Assembly (NCBI GenBank): GCA_043228905.1
Contig: JBHGNT010000016.1
Coordinates: forward strand, 18,724,001 to 18,788,000
Source: Azolla caroliniana
Taxonomy: Eukaryota; Plantae; Polypodiophyta
DNA length: 64,000 nt
Reading direction: 5' to 3'
Position 1 is the stretch's first letter, and every line of letters begins with the position of its first letter. The position numbers were made by a program, and so were the translations under genes. Below are positions 25,430-37,419 of the stretch, piece by piece. The notes below the pieces were generated by a model. The model was not told the DNA's origin. It did not search any database and saw only the letters and a program-made list of their open reading frames with translations.

Positions 25430-25940
25430 GTATCAATCTCCCACTAAAAGCCAAAAATTGATGAAACTGATGGAAAGATTATACAAGACCTAAACCTCCT
25501 ACTTGATGAACATTTTACACCATATACACAAAGGGAATATTTGGGTAACATGAAGAACTAAGTGATTCCCATCACGTGACAACAATGTTGTAGCACATCA
25601 TGCGGTAGAACTTTGGTCAATGCATCTAAGACATATTTTTGAGAAACAACCTTCTCAAGACTAATGCAGACAACAACTATGCATTCCTAGATGAAATTGG
25701 TATCGCACTCCAATGTGCTTGGTCTTTGTATGATACACTAGATTTTTAGCCAACGCAATGACACCTTGGCTATCACAAAACAATATGGGTACAAGTTGAG
25801 GTATGCCCATGTCACATAATAGTTTGGAAAGCCATACAACTTCCTTACATGCCTCACTACTTGCAACATACTTGACTTATGTATTAGACAAAGAATTACA
25901 CTCTTGGAGGCAAGATCTCCAATATATGGCACCTCCCATA
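25430..25940 (-). pseudogene. Highly decayed copia RNase H remnant
   Basis: HTKTKHIGVRYQF near 25700-25735; purine tract near 25435. Confidence 0.6.
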
Positions 25941-25943
25941 AAC

Positions 25944-27828
25944 TGAAAGATGTACCTTGTGTTGAGAGTAGAATCTCAAATTTGTGAGAAAGATTAGCTT
26001 GGAAATACAAAACAATACGTGGAAACAACAAATGCACAATACAGAGTGATTTACGTGGAAACCCTAAATGGGGGAAAACCACAGGAACAGAGATCCCACC
26101 ATACAGAGAGAAATACAATGTGATATCACACAATACAACACTCTAAAACCGAGTGTATCAGCCGCACAAGGCTCTTGACATCCAAGCTCACTTAGTTATG
26201 GCACCGGTCTCTCTCTCTCACACTCTTCTGTTCTACCTACTCACACTTCTCAGCACACATTGTTTTTCTCACATATTCTACGTTTGCCCTAGATGTTTTT
26301 ATACTCATACATCACATGGGCTATTTACAAATGTAGCCCCTACTACACATTACTACTATTATTATCTATAATAATAAGTAGCCATCAGCTGACTCTAGTG
26401 TCGAGTGTCCAATCGGTCTGACTGGTTGGCCTGGTCATCGACCATCAGGTCGACCTAGCCAGTCAGTCGTGTCTTCGACCTGGATCTCCTTTCTGTTGAC
26501 TCACCCAGTTGACTCTCACAATCCACTTTCTCGCAGTCGACCTGGCTAGTCAGTCGTGTCTTCGACTTGGATCTCCTTTCTGTTGACTGACCCAGTTGAC
26601 TCTCACAATCCACTTTCCGCAGTTGACCTAGCTAGTCAGTCGTGTCTTCGACTTGGATCTCCTTTCTGTTGACTCACCCAATTGACTCTCACGGTCCACT
26701 TTCTCACAGTCGACTCTTCAACCATCGACACTCAGCCCGAACAATTGGCTCCTCCTAGTCTTCGACTGTCGGCACTTCTTGGCCCAAACAATTGGTTCCT
26801 CCCACTAGAGGGACATATTCCCAACAAACTCCCCCTTCACTCCAGTGGGTGGGAGTCGGTCAGTCCTGTCTTTTCTTGATAGACTTTGAGTCTGTCCATT
26901 GGTAGGTTCTTCGTGAGCATGTCGGATCCATTGTCGTTGGTATGGATTTTCACAAGGGAAAACTCTCCTTCATCAACCTTCTCTCGCAACCAGTGATACC
27001 TCCTTTGTATATGCTTGGTCCGAGAATGGTATGCAACGTTCTTTGCAATATGTATGCCACTCTGATTATCACAGTGGTGCAAGAATTCTTCTTGCTTCAT
27101 CCCGAGTTCACTGAGGAAACTCATATACTTTGCCTCTGTGGTCGACAAGGCCGCAGACTTCTGCAGTTGTGACTGCCACGACATTGCTCCCCCTGCATAG
27201 GTCATCACGTACCCTGACGTGGATCAACTTGAGTCTGCATCCCTTGACATGTCTGAATTGGTAAACCCTTCGTGCATGGGTTTTCCGATACCATACCTTA
27301 GGCATACGCCCGAGGTGCATTTTAAGTACCTGAGTATCCATTTCACCACTGCACAATGTTCTCGTCCTGGATTACTCATATATCGGCTTACCATTCCCAC
27401 AACAAATGCTATGTCTGGTCTCCTGGAGCCCATAGCATACATTAAACTCCCGACGGCTGAGGCATATGGTACTTTCCTCATCTCAACCTTTTCTTTCTCC
27501 CCTCTTGGGCATTGCTTTGCATTCAACTTGCAGTTGGTCTGTAACACAGAGCCGACTGGCTTTGCTTTCGACACGTTGAATCTTTCTAGGATCTTCGTCA
27601 CATATTTCTCTTGTGACAACCACAACACTTTCTTAGTTCTGTCCCGAACTATGTGCATCTCTAAGATCTATTTTGCTGGTCCAAGATCTTTCATGGCAAA
27701 CGATTTTCGTAGAGCTTTCGTCAAGCTTCCGATCTTCCTTGTATCTTGATCGATTATCAACATGTCATCTACATATAATAAGAGAATAAGGAAGTCACCT
27801 TCATCGTACCTTTTGATGAACACACATG
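25944..27828 (-). mobile_element. Ty1/copia 3' end: RT/RNase H remnant, PPT, 3' LTR (about 25944-26826; left boundary approximate)
   Basis: LYVDDML, YASAVGSLMY, CDNQSGIHIAKN, TKHI; PPT GAAGGGGGAG then TGTTGG at 26826. Confidence 0.88.
26449..26715. repeat. About three tandem ~87-bp units within the LTR
   Basis: AGTCAGTCGTGTCTTCGAC..TGGATCTCCTTTCTGTTGACT repeated three times. Confidence 0.88.
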
Positions 27829-27829
27829 G

Positions 27830-30800
27830 AATTTTCTGCTCGCGTAGGAAAACTATGAGCCCCCGACCAGAGGCCCATCATTCTGTGTGTGTACATGGGT
27901 GTGCATAGTTTGAAGCTCTATTTCTGGCCAAGCCGGTTGTAATTCCCTATTTCCCTCTATTAATCATTAATCTTGATGTGTCTCTCTATGCGTATGGACA
28001 TCTCCATGTTCTAGCATTTGTTCTGTTTCTATTTCTGTGTGCGTGAGCCTGTGAGCCTGTGAGCCTGTGAGCTCCTCACTGCTATCCGCCAACGGGTCCT
28101 CAACGGAATACATCTCTGAGCTCGTGCACTCAGCATCCGACATTCGGGAACCAATCCGGTTCAGATACGCGTCCGAAATCCGATCCGGACAACCTTCTTC
28201 TAACATCAGCTCCTTGGTCCGAGACCCTGGTGGTCTCGCACCATTTCAACACACGCTCGCGGAAAACCGCGACATCTTTGGTGAACCCAACATGAAAAGG
28301 GTTGGTAGAGGAGTCCAAGATGAGAGGAAGTGAACTCACTGAAGCAATGGTGGTGGCCGTTGACCGCCTAATGAATGCTCTAGAGGGCACAAGTACCCTC
28401 CACAAGGCTGGATAGGCAATAGTTGGCACAATAGGCCGATTCAATGGAAAGGACGTGACAAGCTACCTGGAAGCCTACTAGGCTGAAATGTTAATGAAGG
28501 ACATTCCGGAGGATAGACGATTATCCATATTCCCTCGAGTAGTGACGTAGAGCATCCACGTTGAGGTGCTCGAGATTCAAGCCGATTGTCGAAACTAGTT
28601 GGAATTCAAGGGACGTCCCCTCAAAAGGTATGGATTCAACGACTCACTCCGGTTGTCAAAGTGCGAGTTCATGGAGTGGGTCGAAAGCCGCGAAAAGGGG
28701 AGGAATACATCGGTGCTCCTCCAAGAGTTCGAGAAGCAGTTCGCTCAGCTCTCGGCGTTGGATTAGATAGTCCTCAATACGAGCAAGGTCCTACTATTTA
28801 TTAAGTCTGTCGACGTGGGTGATCGGGAGAAGGTAGGTCTTCTATTGGAGACGGATGAGGGACTCACGGCCGACTGGGCCGTGGTGAAGAGGGTCTGGAA
28901 ACGTTTCGATAAGTGACGGGATAGGAATAACGAGGGGGAGTCTATGGCTAGCCTGATTGTCGTGAAGAAGCCAGGAGAACCAGTCCCGACATGGTCGGAA
29001 GAGACGAGACGGTGGCTGGAGTCGGGCATGGTTCCGACCAACATGGTTAGAGGATTGTCTAGGGGTGCAACGATGGGGGAGCTGATGTCAATGTGTTCAT
29101 GACAGCTGATGAAGATGGTGCGCAGCCTCCAAATCGCACAAGCCCAGAGAGTTGGTGGAGGACGATCGCGTGGCCGGAGGCCTCCGAATGATTGCATATG
29201 GTGTGACGATGTTGGTCATGTTCAGAGAGACTGCGCCGACTTCGCTGAGGCACTGAGGAACAACCCTAAACCCGAAATGTCGAGGCCATCCACTACTCGG
29301 CCTCGGCCGACATTTGGGTAGGCAGAGGCAAGGGTGCCGACTTTGGGAACGACACTGGATTTTGGCCAGTTGTGCTCGAGACCTTCTTTGGGAAAAGGTT
29401 GAAGAAAGAAGAAGCGGACCATGTGGAGAGGTGGGTCCAGGAGGTCACCGGATGAAACAATCTGGTTGAGGAGAGAATCGGCTCCGTGGAAGCCGTGTGC
29501 CAGAACTACAAGGTTTTGGTAGAAGATAAGCGAGCTGGAAAGGCCGGAGGGGGCCGGTCCCTCGAACCGGTATGAGACCCGGAGTGGACTAAAGAAGAAT
29601 GACAGGGGCCCAGCCAGCTCATAGGAGAAGATGAAGTTGTCGAGCTTCCGGTTGAGCTCAGAGATGGAAAGGGCGATGGACCTACGAAAGGTCTTGGAGG
29701 AGCGGATCCTCGACAACTGCATGGAACTCACGTTGCGGGAAGTACTTGGGATAGCGAACAAGGAGTTCCACGATGACATCGTGGATCTAGTGAAGAGAAA
29801 GCGACTCTCATCGGAGCCAGAACTGGAGAAGCCGGTCGAGGTGAGGATGACATTGATCGATGAAGTGGCAGTAGAAGACGAATACGCCGAAAACCACTAT
29901 ATGAAACCACACTGGGCAAGGGCTACGATGTAGACACCAGTCCAGATCGGTAATGTTCAGGAGCCGATGGTAGCATTGATCGACCACGGATCGGAGATCA
30001 ACCGAATGTTGATGGACTTCTACAAGGAGGGAAAGTGGCCGATCAACACCAAGCACGGGTGGAAGATATGTGTGGCGACCCGAGCCATGGAGGAGCTTAC
30101 GGAGCATGCCTGAATGTCTAGATAAAGGTCAGGGACGTTGTGATTGACCAACACTTCTTCGTGCAAGAGACGTCCTCCCACCTAGTAATTCTCGACGAAT
30201 CTTATATCACGGCGGCTCGAATGGAGACAAAGGTGTTGGACAACGGTTCAACATATGCAAGGGTAAAGAACCAGGATGGTCGACACTGCGTCCAATTTTT
30301 GACCGTTCGGCCCAACCACGAACGGAATTGTAATACTCTTGGCAACGATGGCCGAGAGGATTTTTGAACAGGGCAACCAAGGCGTGGGGCTGCGATAGTC
30401 CGGATAGCTGGAAGAAACCCCACACTTGTGCCATAGGTAGGAAAACTTGGCCCTCTGTTAACGGAGGTTGTACCTTAACCGGCATCGGTGGCCGGGAAAG
30501 GAAGCGGGTCGAAGGGCGCTTGAAGGCATGTGGAGCCTTGCGCCCGGACAAACGGATCGATGGTGCCATGGATGTGGTCTCATTCGACGACACCCTCGGG
30601 GATATCGAGAGGGTAGTCGACGAGGATCCATGCAAAGACCGGATTATTCTAGTCGGTTCGATCGATATGTACGAAGTCATCGTGGACTTCAGGAGGATGG
30701 TCGGGTCGGATTGGACCGCCCAAGTGGACACTAAATACAAGATTGTGGACTGGAAGGTGAGGCCAATTGCGGCTCCCTTGCCAGAGGGTAGCTGGGAGTG

Positions 30801-33245
30801 GATGAAAGGGGTCGAGACCAACCCGAGTTTGTGAGGTCTGGTCGGCATAGGACACCAGTTCGCCGATGAGACGCTATGAGAGCTGAAGATCAGTGGGGGT
30901 GGCTTCCTACTACCGGCGGAGGAGGACCAGTTTTAGAGGATGCTTAGGAGGCATGGGAAAGCCTTCGCATTCTTGTCGGAGGAGATCGGGTGCGTCGACC
31001 CGACGATCGTGGAACCGATGGTGATCTTCACGGTACCACATGTGCCGTGGAATCTCAAAACAATTCTGGTGTCGAGAGCCCACATCCTGAAACTGATGGA
31101 GCTGCTCAAGGAGAAGGTCGATATGGAGATCCAATAACCGTCGAGCACCCCATATTAGAATTTTTGGTTCACGGTACCGAAGAAGAACGACATGTTGCAC
31201 TTCATTCAGGACCTGCAACCGGTCAATAAGGTGACCATTCGAAATGCAGGAGCCGGTCCAACGATCGATGAGTTTGTAGAGGCCTTCGCCAGAAGGTCTA
31301 TCTACTAAGTCAACGACTTATACTCAGGGTACGACTAGTTCCGACTAGTCGTGGAAAGTAGGGATATCACGACGAAGTGAACCCCTCTCGGCCTAGTTCG
31401 GATGTGTACCCTATTGCAGGGAGGAACAAATTCGGGCGCACCTGGTGAACGCGATGAACAAGGTGATGAGGGACTGCATCTGAGACATCACCATGCCATT
31501 TCTGGATGACATTCCGATCAAGGGATGTTTGAAGGAAGCCAAGGACGAATCGGTTGGAGCGGTTGGGTGCCGGAGGTTTGTCGCGTACCACATCTCCGAT
31601 TGTGAGAAGATACTACAAAGGATTGAGCGCACTCGGTTTACCTTCTCCAGGGAGAAGTTAGCTTTCGGATAATTGGAGATCCTGGTGGTCGGTCACCTAT
31701 GCGGCTCATATGGCCAGAAACCGTCTCCGGCAAAGGTAGAAACCATCTCGGCGATGAGAGAAGAGTGCAGGTTGGTCACGGAAGTTTGACGATTCTTGGG
31801 AGAGTGCGCCTTCTACCACATATGGTGAAGAGAAAAGCGCAAAATGTTGATCGGCCACAACCGAGTCTTGAATCACTTCAATGAGAATCAACCACAGAAA
31901 CGGAAATGGAGAGAACACAAAGGAAATACATAGGATGTTTACATGGAAAACCCAAATAGGGGAAAAAACCACGGGAGCCCACGGACTCCAACTATCACTA
32001 TAGGAGAAAGGTACAATCAAAGCCTCGGAGGCAACGACCTCAAGCTCTTTATCTTCGCCAACCGGCGGTTACAACAGAGTATCTCTCTGTATCTCACACT
32101 CTCTCCCTCTCTATCGCTCTCTGTACAACAGTTAAAACGATATAAACAACAACACTCTCACATACTATAGCGATTGCCCTAAGTCATATTTATACTTATA
32201 TGAACTTAGGGCTATTTACAAATATAGCCTCAATAGACTTACTCAAAACATATCTACAAGTATGTTTTCTCTTTTGGTTCTCACCGGGTCTCCTCCGGTT
32301 CTCACCGGATCCTCTTCATTCATCATCGGATCCCATCCGGAGGGACCGATTTCCCAACATATGGATCCCCCATTACGCGCACATTGTCGAGCTGCTCGAC
32401 GGATTATTAAAGAAAGGGAGGAAATTCGAATGGGATGAAGAGCACACGGGGGCGGTTCAGAGACTGAAGGAGATGTTGACGGTACCACCGACTCTCCAGA
32501 AAGCGGTATACAAGGTGAACACTCCGATTTATGTGACGACGGACACGAGTCTGACCGGAATCGGATGGTTGATCAATCAGGAGGACGAGGCTAGCACGTG
32601 GTTCCCCGTCCGGTTCGGTGTGAAGGTGTTGAGCGAGCGGCAATGAGGATACGCCCAAATTAAATGCGAACTGTGGGGTATCATTTCAACGGTCAAGGCT
32701 GACAAAGACTACTTGATAGGGATAGAGGTGATAGTCGAGATGGACTACCTACCAATTCTCGGTATAGTTTCCAGATGCGCGATTCCGGACCTGGCAATGC
32801 TCAGGTGGATCACGCACAATTCGATAACCAGGCACATCTCTGGAAAGGACAATGCCATGGCCGATATGCTTTTGAGAGCATGATTCGATAACAAGGACGA
32901 CATGGTGTCAGAAGACGAAGAAGTCGGTGTGGATTTCTTGGAGTCGGCTCGAATGTTAGGAAATAGACGAAGCACTCTGGCCTTGAACGTGTTCAACGAG
33001 AACGGTTACAATGGGGAGTGGCTTCAAATCAAGCGGTTTCTGAGCACGATGGCACCATATCCGAAATGGACAAAAGAGGAAGCGGGTTGGATCCAGAAGA
33101 AGGCTTATTGGTTCTTCCTACAAGATGGGAAGATCTAGCAACATCCGAAGAGGCGGACCGGCACACCACTCCGGGTGGTGACAATGGAAGAGTAACAATG
33201 GGTGCTCGTGTCGGAGTTCAACAAGAGTGCTTGGTCTGGACATAG
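27830..33245 (+). mobile_element. Decayed Ty3/gypsy element F: partial LTR to 28274, tRNA-Trp-like PBS, gag, protease, RT, RNase H
   Basis: LTR end CGCGACA; PBS TGGTGAACCCAACATG 28279-28294; CIWCDDVGHVQRDC, ALIDHGSEIN, FIQDLQPVNKVTI, DLYSGYD, FLDDIPIKG, VTTDTSLTGIGW; many stops. Confidence 0.85.
31826..32359 (-). mobile_element. Solo LTR of copia family C inserted in gypsy F
   Basis: TG..CA ends, TSD TATGG (31821-31825, 32360-32364), similarity to 37420-38159. Confidence 0.93.
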
Positions 33246-36080
33246 TGTTGGGAATAAAGGGCCATCATGCCTTTTATTAGTGCACGAGTGTGAATGCACT
33301 AGTAGCACTCTTTTGACTTGTATATACATACTATCTAAAAACCAAAAATTAGAGGTACAGTCTTTGTACCCAAGATAGTGTGCATCTCTCTCTCTCACTC
33401 AGACTCTCTCCCTCTCTCCTTCTTTGTACCCAAGATAGCATGTATCTCTCACTCTCACTTAGACTCTCTTCCTCTTTGTTTTTTTCGTAAACCCTAATCC
33501 TCGTGCTGCCTTCAAATTGGTATCAGAGCTGGGTTTAGAGTTTTCCGCAGAGCAAGGTTTAGGGTTTTATGCAGAGAAAAGTTTAGGGTTTTCTGTAGAG
33601 CAGAGTTTAGAGTTTTCTACAGGTAGAGTTTAGGGTTTTCTACAAAGCAAGTCTTTTTATGAAGAGTAGGTCACGTTTTCTGTAGGCAGGTCATGTCTTT
33701 CTACAGAGTAAGCCTCTCTTTTTTCTGGACAGCAGGTTTGGTCCTCCGTTTAGGCTAAGAAATCATGACTAGCAGCAGTGATAGTAGCCACCTTATGCAC
33801 ATCAAGAAGCTTGAGGGTGCACATAACTTTTCGGTATGGAAAAAGCAGTGCTACAACATCCTGTTGCAAAGGAAGCATGCAAAGCCTATAAAAGTCAAAG
33901 GGGTAAAGCCTACATATATGGACCAAGATGATTGGCAAGAGTTGAACGAGCTTGCACCCTCGACTATTGAGTTGTCAATCTCTAATGCCTTGCTTTTTAA
34001 TATTGAAGGTTTGGACTCCGCCTATTCTATATGGACTAGACTAGAGGAACCATATGCCCAAAAGACGGCAGTTAGCAAAGTTTATTGGCTTAAGAAACTT
34101 ATGGATTTGTGTATGACAGAGGGCACACCCATGTCAACTCACCTAAGTGAGTTCAATTCCATTTTCAGCCAGCTGGTTACCTTGAAATTCATCATTGATG
34201 ATGAGTTTAAGGCCACGTTTTTACTTTGCACCTTGCCAGAAAGTTGGGATACTTTCAGGACTGCTATGAGTGATTCAAATGCAATGCTTCTTTATGCCGA
34301 TGTAGAGAGTTCTCTACTCATGGAAGAGATGAGTCGGCAAAACAATGCATCCAATAAGTCCTCTAGTGTGATGCATATGAGGGGTAGTTGACAACAGAGA
34401 GGCAAATCTAATAGTTATGGCCATAGTAAATCACGTGGTAAAGATGTAGAATGCCATCACTGTGGCAAAAAGGGTCATTTTAAATGTGATTGTTTCAAAT
34501 GGAAGAAAGAGAAAGGAAAGGGAAGGAAGATAGATGATTTCATAGAAGAAAAGAGAGACATTCAACCAATGAAAGGCAATACTAAAATTGAAGAGGTGAA
34601 TGTAGTCACTCATGATAGTGATAGTGGAAATGATGTACTCTTTGTTTCATCATGCCATAGAGAACATGCTTTACTTGCAGATACGGATGGTGACATGCAC
34701 ACTTGGATACTCGATTCTAGTGCTTATTTTCATGTCACCCCTCATCGTGAGTGGTTTTCATATTACATAGGGGTCGACATCGTGTTGTCCATCTTGGGGA
34801 CAACTATACATGTGAAATTGCAGGTATTGGCATTGTACAATTACAGTTTCAGCATGGTTCTGCTTTCACACTTTAGCATGTACGGCATGTACCTCAACTC
34901 AAGAAGAGCTTGATTAGCATAAGACACCTAGATGATGATGGATTTCACACAACCTTTGGTGATGGGAAATGGAAGATTTGTAAGGGATCTAGAGTTATTG
35001 CCAAGGGTAGTAAAAGTGATATTTTGTATCCTCTCCATGTATCTAGTGTGAGTGATCATGTTGTTGCCATAACCGAGCAGCCTAGTGTTTCTTTGTGGCA
35101 TGGCCAGTTGGGACACATGAGTGAAATTGGTATGAAAGTATTGTCTCGTTTGGGTTACTTGCCATGTCTTCATTATGCTGCTTTTGAACATTGTGATCAA
35201 TGCATTTATGGTAAACATGTACAAACATCTCATAAAAAGTCTCTTTCATTGAAGTCGTCCCCGCTTGAGTTAGTACATTCAGATGTTTGTCAGATGCCAG
35301 GGCTATCATTAGGGGGAAAGAAATACTTAGTCATCTTTGTCGATGATGCTACACGGATGGTATGGGTTTACCCTATTCGTAGCAAGGATGAAGTGCTCGA
35401 CAAGTTTCAAACATTTTTGGCATTAGTTGAGAATCAAATTGATAAGACACTTAAGTGTCTTCGCTCTAACAATGGTGGGGAATAAGTGTCCAAGGCCTTT
35501 CAAGCATTTTGTGACAGCAAAGGGATAAAGAGGGAACTCACTACCCCTTATAATCCACCCCAAAATGGAGTTGCAGAGCGTATGAATCGGACCATTCAAG
35601 ATAAGTTCCGTACTGTGTTGTCTCATGCTGCATTACCCCATGGTTTTTGGGCAGAGGCTGTTATGACAGTTGTTCACTTGATTAATTGGTCACCTAACAG
35701 GTTTTTGGGAGGGGGAATGCCCCAAGAAGCGTGGTCGGGCAAGCCACCTTCATATGTTCACTTGAGAGTGTTTGGTTGTGAGGCTTTTGTGCACATTCGT
35801 AAAGAAGAACGCAACAAACTTGAGCCTGGAAATGTATTTTCCTAGGATACGGTGACGAGGGTGAAATGGGGTATAGATTGTGGGATCCCGAGAAAACAAA
35901 AATAGTACGCAGCAATGATGTTATCTTCCGGGAAAATCGCATGCATAAACAACCCGAAAAGACTGAGGAAGTACGTAGGGTTGTATTCTGTGAAGAAATA
36001 CGTTTTAGACAGGAAAATGTGCCCATTGTACAACAACAAACACATGTTGTAAACTTACTTGCAAGAAATGATCAGCCAAC
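33246..36080 (+). mobile_element. Ty1/copia element B: 5' LTR 33246-33514, PBS, gag, protease, integrase; 3' part missing
   Basis: PBS TGGTATCAGAGC 33518-33529; gag 33765-34391, WILDSSA, LWHGQLGHMS, FVDDATR, PPQNGVAERMNRT. Confidence 0.92.
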
Positions 36081-36157
36081 TGTTAGGAATAGTACTAAGA
36101 CAGAGAAGAAATTAGTACTAAGTGGAATAGAGGGTGTAGAACACTCGAGAGAAGGAG

Positions 36158-36189
<32 letters not shown>

Positions 36190-36572
36190 TATATTATCGT
36201 CTTCGGAGATCAAATATGACCTATGAGACCAAAAATATTACATTTCACGTGATACGTGTGAAAGTGAGTAGTGACTCTCGATGTTCAAGAACTTTACCAA
36301 TGAATGTTGCAATCGAGAGTGCACATTGTGGTTGTGAGAGGAATTCATGCAAAGATTGGGCTCGATCGAAGAGATGTGGAAAGCATGGTCGAATATGATC
36401 AAAGGCAGAGCATTGTATCAAAGTGTGATACTCAGACTCGCGAACTTGTTTAGGGCAAAGTGTGCATAGCCGACCACTCTCATCACTTGTACCCCAACGC
36501 CCTGTTTCACATCGCAATGCATGTGAGCTAAGTCGCATGGAAGCAATGTGAAACAGGGCGTTGGGGTACAAG

Positions 36573-36611
<39 letters not shown>

Positions 36612-37419
36612 TGTGTGTGTGTGTGTGAGTGAGAGATCGAGGGAGAGAAAATGATGATGATAGTGATATATTATGTGAGAAGAATATAAAAGGAAGGGTA
36701 GGAGGTTTAACACTGGCGTTGAACTGAGTTGGTTCGAAATAATGCCTTGTGCCTCCTTTTATAGTGTTCTGAGGAGTAGTCCTAAAGCTTTTAGAATGTT
36801 CCAGAGAAATCTAGAATATACATTAATTTTCTATAGTAAATCTTAAATAAAAATAATATCGATCTACTTCTAGAATGTTCCAGAGAAATATGGAATATAC
36901 ATTAATTTTCTATAGTAAAACTTAAATAAAAATAATATTGTACGAATTACAATAGATAGTGTAATGGTCAAGAGCTTGACCTATGTAACATAAGGTCATG
37001 GGTTCGAGTCTTGCCTTATCATGACATTATCCCCATTTTAAAATGACGAGTGTCACGAGTCGTTTTGGATTGAGGACCCGATTTATTTGGATATTGACAA
37101 TGGAAGTCTTCAAGAACAGCATGAGCATTGGTCACATTCTCTATTGGTTCCCAAGTACGCTCATTGGGACTATATCCTAGCCAATCGACTACATAGTAGA
37201 GCTTGTTGCGAACAATCTTGGAATCGAGGATAGTAGCAACCTCATACTTAGGTCCATCTTCAAGTTCGATCGGGGGTGGAGGTTGTGGAATAAGTCTTGG
37301 GATGGTGCTGTCTTGATAAGGTTCGAGGAGAGAACTATGAAACACCGAATGTATGCAAAGTTGCGGGGGTAGATCGAGACGAAAATCGACATCATTAATC
37401 TTTCCAATAATACGGAAAG
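36081..37419 (-). mobile_element. Second, older copy of chromovirus T: chromodomain, PPT, 3' LTR (36081-37026)
   Basis: ORF 37019-37462 matches 19489-20109; LTR homologous to 20102-20531 with a ~79-bp internal duplication near 36792-36940. Confidence 0.9.
36158..36581 (-). mobile_element. 5'-truncated non-LTR retrotransposon (LINE) 3' end with (TCTA)n tail, inserted in the LTR microsatellite
   Basis: MRLSSHALRCETGRW..RLCTLC..ESEYHTLIQC C-terminal Cys/His motif; (AGAT)n at about 36158-36189. Confidence 0.8.

Noticed and set aside
33533-33650. TTTAGGG motifs in the copia B leader as telomere
   Set aside because: Isolated motifs within ~21-bp leader tandem repeats, not a telomeric array
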